Assembly (NCBI GenBank): GCA_017994935.1 | Contig: JAGOJU010000016.1 | Span: 3,232-67,231 of the forward strand | Length of the DNA stretch: 64,000 nt | Direction: 5' to 3' | Origin: Opitutaceae bacterium | GTDB lineage: Bacteria; Verrucomicrobiota; Verrucomicrobiia; Opitutales; Opitutaceae | Shown: positions 40,145 through 48,267 of the stretch, in pieces | How positions within the stretch are numbered: the stretch's first letter is position 1 | Layout of the letters: the number at the start of each line of letters is the position of its first letter | The notes under the pieces: generated by a model | What the model was told of the DNA's origin: nothing | Databases searched by the model: none | Seen by the model: the letters and a program-made list of their open reading frames with translations, nothing else | Program-made: the position numbers and the translations under genes

Positions 40145-40849
40145 CTACGGCTCGCTTCCGAAGCGGAAGTCCTGCGCGGCGGCGACTATCACCGGTTTTC
40201 CTCGATAGAGGGCGGGTTGAAATCGCCAGGAGCGCAAGGCTTCCACCGCGATGTCCGCGAGGTAGGGATGAGATTCGGAAGAGACGGTCGGAAGGCGGAC
40301 CGTGCCTTTTTCGTCGATGTAGAAAGTCACCCGGACCGTGCCTCGGACGCCGTCGCTCCTTGCTGCGGCTGCATACCGTGGATTCACGGTGCTGAGCGCT
40401 ACCGGAGGTTTGTCGACCTTGTCGGATCCAATTAGCAGGCGCGAAAGTGCAGGGGAGCGTCCGGCCTGCAGGTATTTGTTGGTGATGTTGATGCGGTTGC
40501 TCTCGACGTAACCCGTGCGCTCGAAGTTGAACGTCAGCTCAATCTTCACGCCGACGTTGACGCCATCGAGCTGGGCCGGAATGAATCTCCATTCTGGCAG
40601 CACCTGCCTGCAGGCTGTCGCAAACGGTTCGTGCGTGTAGGCCAGGACGAGGGAGTCAACCGCCCGCCCTTCCGCGCTGACGCTGATGGCCATCACCACT
40701 TCGCCCTGGGAAACCCCGTCGTTGACCAGTTCGAGCGGGAATTCGGGAAGAGGGTTGTCCGGAGGAAGTTTGACCGATTTGAAAGCGGCCAGCAGAGGTG
40801 TGGCCGCCACAAGGACCAGGAAGAGGGAGCGACAGAGGGACGCTTTCAC
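40145..40849 (-). CDS. TonB-like protein with two tandem TonB C-terminal domains
   Basis: GTG 40849 (VKASLCRSLFLVLVAATPLLAAF anchor). Two TonB_C-like units: PEFPLELVNDGVSQGEVVMAISVSAEGRAV...WRFIPA and VNPRYAAAARSDGVRGTVRVTFYIDEKGTV...WRFQPA. Start uncertain. Confidence 0.65.
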   Translation of the reverse strand: MKASLCRSLFLVLVAATPLLAAFKSVKLPPDNPLPEFPLELVNDGVSQGEVVMAISVSAEGRAVDSLVLAYTHEPFATACRQVLPEWRFIPAQLDGVNVGVKIELTFNFERTGYVESNRINITNKYLQAGRSPALSRLLIGSDKVDKPPVALSTVNPRYAAAARSDGVRGTVRVTFYIDEKGTVRLPTVSSESHPYLADIAVEALRSWRFQPALYRGKPVIVAAAQDFRFGSEP

Positions 40850-41071
40850 GGGCGGAGGGGACTGAGGCGAGTAAAACCAATTTCGGTGGCACTGCAACTC
40901 ACGCCAGCGTTCCCGCTGAGGGCCGGGCGCCGATGGCCGTCCCCTCCGGGCATCGGGTGAATGGCCGGAGTACGACGGGCCGGAAGTAACAAATGGAATC
41001 CCGGGAATTCTGTCCCCTTGTCCCCGTCGGCACGAACCAGTAACGGGATCGCCAGTCCCATTCACCCCGCC

Positions 41072-44000
41072 ATGCCCGCCTCCGATTTCCAGACAGAAAC
41101 CCGCACGCAGGTGCTCGGCAGGAGCCTGTTCAAGATCATGGACGATCATCCTGTTCCGGGCCTCTTTTCGAAAAAGGGCGCCTATGCCCGCATCATGGAG
41201 TGGGCGATGGGCGATCCGGCGTTCAAGACGCAGCTCTTCCGGTTCGTCGATGTCCTGCCGTCACTCTCCTCAAGCGCGGAGATCGTCCGGCACCTTCGGG
41301 AGTACCTGGGCGACAAGGCGGTGGAACTCCATCCTGCGCTGAAGGCGGGCCTCGGGGCCGCCTCCTTTGCACCCGCCTTGGTTGCTGGACCTGTCAAGGC
41401 GCAGGTGACCGACATGGCGCGGCAGTTCGTTGCGGGAGAAACGGCGGACGATCTGGTGCAACGCCTCCTTGCGAACGCACGGCAGGGAATCGCCACGACC
41501 ATCGACCTGCTGGGGGAAACCGTGGTCAGCGAGGCGGAGGCCGACGAATTCCTGAAACGGAATCTCGAGATTCTCGATATCGTCGGTGAAGCCCTGCGCC
41601 GCAGTCCGGAGCCGTGTGCCAGCGACATCGGGCGCAATGGCGAACGGCTTCCCCGGCTGAACCTGTCACTCAAGATTTCCGCTCTGACACCCGAAGTCCA
41701 TCCTGCGGATCCGGAGAATTCCATCGAGGCGCTCAAGCGCCGGCTGCGTCCAATCCTGCGTCGCGCCTCCGCAGCGGGAGCGCTGATCAACTTCGACATG
41801 GAGAGCTATCGCACCAAGGATCTCACCCTGGCGCTGTTCCGCTCCATCATGGAGGAAGCCGAGTTCGCGCGATCCCCGGCGGTGGGCATTGCCGTGCAGG
41901 CCTACCTTCGCGACTCGGAACGCGACCTTCGCGACCTCATCGCATGGGCGAGGGCGCGCGGACGTCCGATCACGGTGCGGCTCGTCAAGGGGGCCTATTG
42001 GGATTTTGAGGTCATCGGTGCGGTGCAGAAGGACTGGCCCGTGCCGGTCTGGCAGCGCAAGCCCGAGAGCGATGCCGCATTTGAAAGACTGACGGTGCTG
42101 CTGCTTGAGAATGCTGATCTCGTATCGGCGGCATTTGCGTCGCACAACGTGCGTTCGTGCGCCCACGCGATCGCGCAGTCGGAGCGCCTCGGGGTGGATC
42201 CGCGCTCGTTTGAATTCCAGGCGCTCTATGGAATGGCGGAGGAACTCAAGGCTGCGCTGCGCGCAAGCGGGTATCGGGTTCGTGAATACTGCCCGGTGGG
42301 CGAACTGCTTCCCGGCATGGCCTACCTTGTGCGCCGTCTTCTCGAGAACACTTCCAACGAGGGTTTCCTGCGCGCCAGCAATCGCGGCGGTATCAGCCGC
42401 GAAAGCCTGCTCGCGAATCCGGCCGATATTCCCGCCGCGGCTCCGCCGGACGCGCTCTCCGTCCCGGATGGGGGACCAGGGGTCTTCCGCAATGTTGCGA
42501 ACACCGACTTCACGCGCGGCGAGTCCCGCGAGGCACTCCGGAAGGCGTTGGATTCCGCATCGGAAGGCGAGGCGCAGGGGCGCCCGGGCCGGCGATGGCC
42601 GCTGGTGATCGGGGGCCGCAGGTGCGAACCTGCGGGGCGGCGCTATGCGGTTGCGTCCAACCCGGCACGCCCGGCCCACGTCCTGGGAGAGTGGGCAATG
42701 GCATCCATCGCGGACGCGGACCTTGCGGTCTCCGCGGCGGCCGCGGCCCTTCCTTCCTGGCGATCGACTCCGGTGGAAACGCGGGCCGGGCTTCTTGAGC
42801 GTGTGGCCGATCTCATGGCGAGCCGGCGCTTTTCGCTGTGTGCGCTCGAGATCAGGGAGGCGGGAAAGCCGTGGATCGAGGCGGATGCGGACGTGAGTGA
42901 GGCGATTGATTTCTGCCGGTACTATGCCCTGGAAATGCGGCGTCTTGCGAAACCGGTGCCCACCCAGACGGTTCTCGGGGAATCCAATGTGCTCGTGCAC
43001 ACCGCCCGTGGCGTCGGCGTGGCCATCGCGCCGTGGAATTTTCCCCTGGCAATCCTGTGCGGACTCACGGTCGCACCGCTCGTTGCGGGAAACACCGTGA
43101 TCATGAAGCCGGCCGAGCAGGCATCGATCATCGGAGCGGTGTTCATGGACGTGCTCATCGAGGCCGGACTGCCCCCGGGGGTTGTCAACCTGATCACCGG
43201 ACGCGGAGAGGAGGTGGGTGCCCACCTGGTTTCGCATCCGAAGACGGATTTCATCGCCTTCACGGGCTCCCGGTCGGTCGGCCTGAAGATCTGGGAGACC
43301 GCGGGGCGAACGTTGCCCGGCCAGGCAAACCTGAAAAAGGTGGTCTGCGAAATGGGAGGGAAAAATGCGATGATCGTGGATGGCGACGCCGATCTCGATG
43401 AGGCGATACCGGCGGTGTTGTATTCAGCTTTTGGATTCAGCGGACAGAAATGCTCCGCGTTGTCACGGCTCATTGTGCTCGACACGATTCATGACGCATT
43501 TGTCCAGCGCCTTGCCGCTGCGGCGGCGAGCCTGCCCGTGGGGGATCCGGCGCTTCCTGGCACGCTGATCGGGCCCGTCATCGATGGCGCGTCGAGGGAT
43601 CGCATCCTCATGCGCGCTGCCGAGGCGAAGCGCGAGAGCCGGCTGGTCTTTGAGGGAAGGATTCCGGACGCGACCAGGGAAGGCGGCGGATATTTTGTGC
43701 CGCCCATGATCTTTGCCGATGTAAAGCCCGGACACCTGCTTGCCCGCGAGGAACTGTTCGGCCCCGTGCTCGGCATCATGCGCGCCAGGACGCTGGACGA
43801 GGCGTTTGCCCTGGCGAATGACTCGGACTACGCGCTGACCGGCGGATTGTTCTCAAGGAGTCCCTCGGCCCTGGCCCGGGCGCGCGAGGAATTCCGATGC
43901 GGGAATCTCTATCTGAACCGGACGATCACCGGAGCCCTTGTGGAGCGGCATCCGTTCGGAGGATTCGGCATGAGCGGGGGTGGCACGAAGGCGGGAGGAC

Positions 44001-44095
44001 GCGGATACCTGGAGAATTTTCTTTTCCCACGTGTCATCAGTGAAAACACGATGCGTCGTGGATTCACACCGCCGGAGCAGCACGATCGGGACTGA
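41072..44095 (+). CDS. putA: Bifunctional proline dehydrogenase / L-glutamate gamma-semialdehyde dehydrogenase
   Basis: PRODH barrel in the N-terminal half. ALDH half with EMGGKNAMIVD and the catalytic Cys in FGFSGQKCSALSR. ATG at 41072. Confidence 0.9.
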   Translation: MPASDFQTETRTQVLGRSLFKIMDDHPVPGLFSKKGAYARIMEWAMGDPAFKTQLFRFVDVLPSLSSSAEIVRHLREYLGDKAVELHPALKAGLGAASFAPALVAGPVKAQVTDMARQFVAGETADDLVQRLLANARQGIATTIDLLGETVVSEAEADEFLKRNLEILDIVGEALRRSPEPCASDIGRNGERLPRLNLSLKISALTPEVHPADPENSIEALKRRLRPILRRASAAGALINFDMESYRTKDLTLALFRSIMEEAEFARSPAVGIAVQAYLRDSERDLRDLIAWARARGRPITVRLVKGAYWDFEVIGAVQKDWPVPVWQRKPESDAAFERLTVLLLENADLVSAAFASHNVRSCAHAIAQSERLGVDPRSFEFQALYGMAEELKAALRASGYRVREYCPVGELLPGMAYLVRRLLENTSNEGFLRASNRGGISRESLLANPADIPAAAPPDALSVPDGGPGVFRNVANTDFTRGESREALRKALDSASEGEAQGRPGRRWPLVIGGRRCEPAGRRYAVASNPARPAHVLGEWAMASIADADLAVSAAAAALPSWRSTPVETRAGLLERVADLMASRRFSLCALEIREAGKPWIEADADVSEAIDFCRYYALEMRRLAKPVPTQTVLGESNVLVHTARGVGVAIAPWNFPLAILCGLTVAPLVAGNTVIMKPAEQASIIGAVFMDVLIEAGLPPGVVNLITGRGEEVGAHLVSHPKTDFIAFTGSRSVGLKIWETAGRTLPGQANLKKVVCEMGGKNAMIVDGDADLDEAIPAVLYSAFGFSGQKCSALSRLIVLDTIHDAFVQRLAAAAASLPVGDPALPGTLIGPVIDGASRDRILMRAAEAKRESRLVFEGRIPDATREGGGYFVPPMIFADVKPGHLLAREELFGPVLGIMRARTLDEAFALANDSDYALTGGLFSRSPSALARAREEFRCGNLYLNRTITGALVERHPFGGFGMSGGGTKAGGRGYLENFLFPRVISENTMRRGFTPPEQHDRD

Positions 44096-44111
44096 AGCGG
44101 CGTGGTGCGGT

Positions 44112-47100
44112 TCAACGGGTGGGATCGGGAAGCCGCTGCTCAAGCCGCAAGGGCTCGAAAAGGCCGTAACCAACCGTTGAATACGAAGCCCCGGGCGGAG
44201 GCCCGGGATTTGGTGCCCGTTGGAACATCGCGGGCCAGGCGGAGCCCAGCGGCTGCCCACCATGGTGCGGTCCGAGGGTGTTTCTCAGTGTGCCGATGAC
44301 GACCACCTCCACCCGGTTCTTGCCCTGCCCGATGTGAGGGGTCACGTCGCACTCGAATGGCGCCGCATCAATGTAGCCCGCGAGGTTTCCGTTCACGTAA
44401 ACCTTTGCGACGCTTCCGAGCCATTTGCCCAATGCGACAAAGTACCTGCCCGAACGCCGGGCAATGTTGAAATCCTCACGATATGCCACGCCGCCCGAGT
44501 AGAAGGGGTGTCCCTGGACATCCCATCCCCTTGAGATCCTTGACGGCAGGCCGCTTCCGTCGACCAGATGCCGCGCGATCCGGTCCCTGGATGCCATTTC
44601 GCTGGAGACCTGCCGGATTCCCACGCCGTCAATCCTGCGGCCATCGGGACCGAACACCTCGATTTCGGCGAGGCCGGTGACACCATTGTCCGCCGAGACG
44701 GCTTCGGTCGGAAAGGTGACACCGCTCTGGTTGCTGAGTATTTCCAGACGAATGAGACGGACTCCCCGGGCATCGATGGACAATTGATCGGAAGGGCCGT
44801 CGCTCCGACTTCCCGGATGCAGGGTAAAATGACCGAGTGGCTGATCGAACTGCGGGTTTGTCGAATCGACCGACGCCGTCAATCGAATCAATTTCGCTCC
44901 ACGCGAGGTCGGGTCCTGCCTTCCGGCCTCGAAGTAATTCCAGATGCGAAGGGACGTCGCATCGCGCTTGCTTCCGAGATCAAGCACTACGAAGGGAGTG
45001 CGATCCTCGGCTCCTGGATCGCCGCGCGCGCCATTGCTGAGCCACATTGTGCCATCCGGATCCGCTCCGTGAATCAGTTCTCCTGTGGCTGGAGCGACCC
45101 TGAGTTGCAACGGCTGGTCCGGCGCCACGACAAATCCCCGATCGGAGGGTTGCAGGGTGAATTTGCCGAGGAGGTAGGCAGGCTCGATTTCATGGCACAG
45201 GCTGAAGGGAGAAGCCTTGAGGGTAATGATGTTTTCACCCGGGCGCGCCAGCCCGGCGAGTGGGATGCGCCCGAAGGATTTGTCGAGCCACCACTCCTTG
45301 AATTCAGGGCTGGGCTGGACAGGGCGGGCGGCCGCGGGATCCTCCTGACTGGATTTCCAGAATTGCGGCTTACTTGAGGCGGGCACCTGCAGGGGCCTGC
45401 CGTTGCAGGACATCGTGTAGAGGTCGGGCCTCTCGATCACGATCTCCAACGCATCGGGTACTGCACCGGTGATGGTGAACCTGTAGCCCACAGTGAAACC
45501 GCTGCCGGGCGGAAAGGTCCTGCTGATGAGGTTGTCCCTGAACTGCACTGCGCTGTCCCACGGGTTGCGTTCGAGACCGTTCTTTTGAAAGGCAAACTGG
45601 TTGGCCTGATAAAAATGGACGTTGGAGCGTGTTTCTCCTCCCGCGGAGATGTCGACATAGTCGATGGTCAGCACATTGGGCTGGAGTCGCTCGACCGCGG
45701 ACGCGCCCGTCGGTTTGATGGCGACGATCCTGCGTTCGGGGCTTGCGGCAGGGGACAGTGGGATGTCGGAGAGAAACAGGAGAAGGCTTCCCCCAGGCGG
45801 CAGGGAGAAACGGGTCGTGCAGCCCTCGCCGGATGACTCAAAGGAGTGTGCCACCGTCGCCCCGGAGTGGGGATCCCACCGTTCAATTCCCTGGCGACGG
45901 GTGGAAATCATTCCTGAGGAAGGAAACTCGCTGCTCGAATTGACGAGGAAAAGAAGCTCACCGTCGGCAAGCTGGCGTCGCATGTGGAATAGAATGCCAC
46001 GGTCGCCGGAAGACCGGGTGATGCGAAATGCAGCCGTGCCATTCCAGCGCTGGAGGATCGCGGGGGCGTCCTGCGGCCGGGCGGAAGTCCATCCGTCATG
46101 GGCGGACATATCCTGCATTCTCCTCGACTCCTTTCCATCGATGCGCGAGGGCGGCTCACCGAGGCAAACGATCCGGCCGCCGCCCTTGAGGAAGGAGTCG
46201 CAGGCCTCCGCGACATGATTCTGCAGATTCTCGGTGCCGGGCGGGATCACCACGACCTCGTAGGCGCGGCGGCCGATCCGGAATTGCCCGTCGCGCACCT
46301 CGCCGTGACGTTTGATGACGTCCTCGGAACCCAGGTCGTATTCGATCTGGTCGTATTCGAGCGCCATGAGCAGTTTCGAAAAGGCGCCGCCGAGTTCCCT
46401 GAGTCTTGTGCGGTCGCCCTGGTACATCCACGCGGTTGTGGTTGGTTCGACAACGAGGATGCGGTTGATCTGTTCACCCTGGCTCAGGGTGGCGCTGAGC
46501 CGGGCGAGGTAGGCGGCTGAGACGTGGTAGGCATCCCACCACGGCTCATGGTATGAAAAGCTTTGCGGATGGTCACGCTTGCGCGCACCCCGGATCGTGA
46601 CGTAGCTCAGATGCTGGTTCAACGTGTTGACGCCGAGGACCTGCAGCCAGTCGCCGATGCGCTTCATGTCCTCGAAGCGCAGATCCCACCCACCGGCACC
46701 GTACACCTCGACAAGAGTCCGGCGTCCCAACTGATTTCCCAGGCTGGCAATCTCGCGGCAGGACCGCACGTTCCCGAACTGGGCGTGGGTGTTCTCGGAG
46801 TACTGGTTCATGAGAATATCGATGCCGGGACGATGTTGCCAGGCGGCCATGGCCATGTTGTCTGGCACGCCGCTGCAGACCGGCCACTCGTGTTCCCAGT
46901 AATGCCCGGTGGACTCCAGGCGGTGTTCCGTGCAGTAGCGGAAATAGGGCTGTGCCCAGCGTTCGATGAACAGGTCGTTCAACGTCGAGTAGTAATTGTG
47001 CCGTAACTTTCTCCAGTCCCCGACCTCTTCCAGCAACCCCGGCAGACTCGCGATGAGATCATAACCCCAGCGCTGCTTGAACTGTTCGGGCAGATCTGCG

Positions 47101-47855
47101 GTCCAGGGCATGCCGTCGGTCGAGCGGATTTCAGGTTCGTCGGTGAAGGAGCCCGGGATCAGGGAGCCGAAATCCTGACCAAAGTGCCTGCGATAGGCTT
47201 CGTGGGTGACCTCCAGGAATTTTTCTGCAGTGCCCGGATGCAGAAGGTCCACGTAAGGGTGATCCGCAGTCCAGGCGCGATCGGGAGCACGGAGCAGGGT
47301 TGCCACGAAATAGTCGCCCTCGGGCAGATGCTCTCCGGCCTTGATCTGGGCCGAAACATTTTCCGATCTGCCGTCATGAACCCGCAGCACGGCGATGGTA
47401 TCGTCGCCCCATCCAGGGGCGGATCGGACAGGGGCAAGCTTCAGTCCTCTGCCGCGCGACTCCGGAAGCAGTTCTGGCACCCAGCCGCCGGCAAATCCGC
47501 TGGGGTAGGAATTCTCGTCGTAGATCCAGACATTCATGTCGAGCTTGCGTGCCTCGGCGAGCGCGACCTCCCATAAGTGGAACCAGTCGGCGGACAGGTA
47601 GGGAGTCATAAGCCCTGGTCTCGGATGCACCCAGACCTGCTTCACCTGTTGCTGTGCCAGATCGTGCAGAGTGGAGCGGATTTGTCCATCGGTGAGCAGG
47701 TCGTTCCAAACCCAGAGCGGGCCGGTGCTGTAGTCGCGCGGCGGATCCCTGAACAGCTCCCTGACCCGGGCGGAGCCGGTGGCCGGGGACTGCTGTGCCA
47801 GGAGAGCTGAAGCCGGAAGCAGCAACAACATTGACCGGAGAAACGAGCACTTCAT
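44112..47855 (-). CDS. Large secreted glycoside-hydrolase-like protein (1247 aa) with F5/8 type C (discoidin) and galactose-binding-like domains
   Basis: Signal peptide. N-terminal FRDPPRDYSTGPLWVWNDLLT... block resembles GH106-like 'glycosyl hydrolase' proteins. Discoidin-like segment ending GLAEIEVFG. C-terminal VYVNGNLAGYIDAAPFECDVTPHIGQGKNRVEVVV. GH family not verified. Confidence 0.65.
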   Translation of the reverse strand: MKCSFLRSMLLLLPASALLAQQSPATGSARVRELFRDPPRDYSTGPLWVWNDLLTDGQIRSTLHDLAQQQVKQVWVHPRPGLMTPYLSADWFHLWEVALAEARKLDMNVWIYDENSYPSGFAGGWVPELLPESRGRGLKLAPVRSAPGWGDDTIAVLRVHDGRSENVSAQIKAGEHLPEGDYFVATLLRAPDRAWTADHPYVDLLHPGTAEKFLEVTHEAYRRHFGQDFGSLIPGSFTDEPEIRSTDGMPWTADLPEQFKQRWGYDLIASLPGLLEEVGDWRKLRHNYYSTLNDLFIERWAQPYFRYCTEHRLESTGHYWEHEWPVCSGVPDNMAMAAWQHRPGIDILMNQYSENTHAQFGNVRSCREIASLGNQLGRRTLVEVYGAGGWDLRFEDMKRIGDWLQVLGVNTLNQHLSYVTIRGARKRDHPQSFSYHEPWWDAYHVSAAYLARLSATLSQGEQINRILVVEPTTTAWMYQGDRTRLRELGGAFSKLLMALEYDQIEYDLGSEDVIKRHGEVRDGQFRIGRRAYEVVVIPPGTENLQNHVAEACDSFLKGGGRIVCLGEPPSRIDGKESRRMQDMSAHDGWTSARPQDAPAILQRWNGTAAFRITRSSGDRGILFHMRRQLADGELLFLVNSSSEFPSSGMISTRRQGIERWDPHSGATVAHSFESSGEGCTTRFSLPPGGSLLLFLSDIPLSPAASPERRIVAIKPTGASAVERLQPNVLTIDYVDISAGGETRSNVHFYQANQFAFQKNGLERNPWDSAVQFRDNLISRTFPPGSGFTVGYRFTITGAVPDALEIVIERPDLYTMSCNGRPLQVPASSKPQFWKSSQEDPAAARPVQPSPEFKEWWLDKSFGRIPLAGLARPGENIITLKASPFSLCHEIEPAYLLGKFTLQPSDRGFVVAPDQPLQLRVAPATGELIHGADPDGTMWLSNGARGDPGAEDRTPFVVLDLGSKRDATSLRIWNYFEAGRQDPTSRGAKLIRLTASVDSTNPQFDQPLGHFTLHPGSRSDGPSDQLSIDARGVRLIRLEILSNQSGVTFPTEAVSADNGVTGLAEIEVFGPDGRRIDGVGIRQVSSEMASRDRIARHLVDGSGLPSRISRGWDVQGHPFYSGGVAYREDFNIARRSGRYFVALGKWLGSVAKVYVNGNLAGYIDAAPFECDVTPHIGQGKNRVEVVVIGTLRNTLGPHHGGQPLGSAWPAMFQRAPNPGPPPGASYSTVGYGLFEPLRLEQRLPDPTR

Positions 47856-48099
47856 GATGGGAAACCTTTCACAGCCATCCCGCGCCTGAGTGCAAAGAAC
47901 TCGGCGTGGAAATGCGACCGCTGCCTTTTTGGAAACGTCGTGGGATTTATCGGACCGTTTTTTGCGTCGTGGGCGCAGAAGTACATGTACTCCGTGTGCT
48001 GCAGGGTTGAAGAATGCACCGGACCCCTATGGGCAGGTGCATACGACTCGGGTTTTTCGTCAGCTGTTCGATCCCTCGTCGTTGCACAGCCAAGGGAAG

Positions 48100-48186
48100 T
48101 GGTGGTAGGACCTGGATTCGAACCAGGGAAGGGCAGAGCCCAAGAGATTTACAGTCTCTCCTCGTTGGCCACTTGAGTATCCTACC
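48100..48186 (-). tRNA. tRNA-Tyr (anticodon GUA), CCA encoded
   Basis: Minus strand: acceptor GGTAGGA/TCCTACC, anticodon stem AGAGA/TCTCT with loop CTGTAAA, long variable arm, T-arm CCTGG-TTCGAAT-CCAGG, discriminator A, CCA. Confidence 0.9.
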
Positions 48187-48267
48187 GTAAGAGGAGGGGC
48201 TAGTTCATGTCTGCGGAGGTGCGGCGCAAGTCTTTTTTCGACTTTGCCCAATGAGTCCTGCCGTGCC

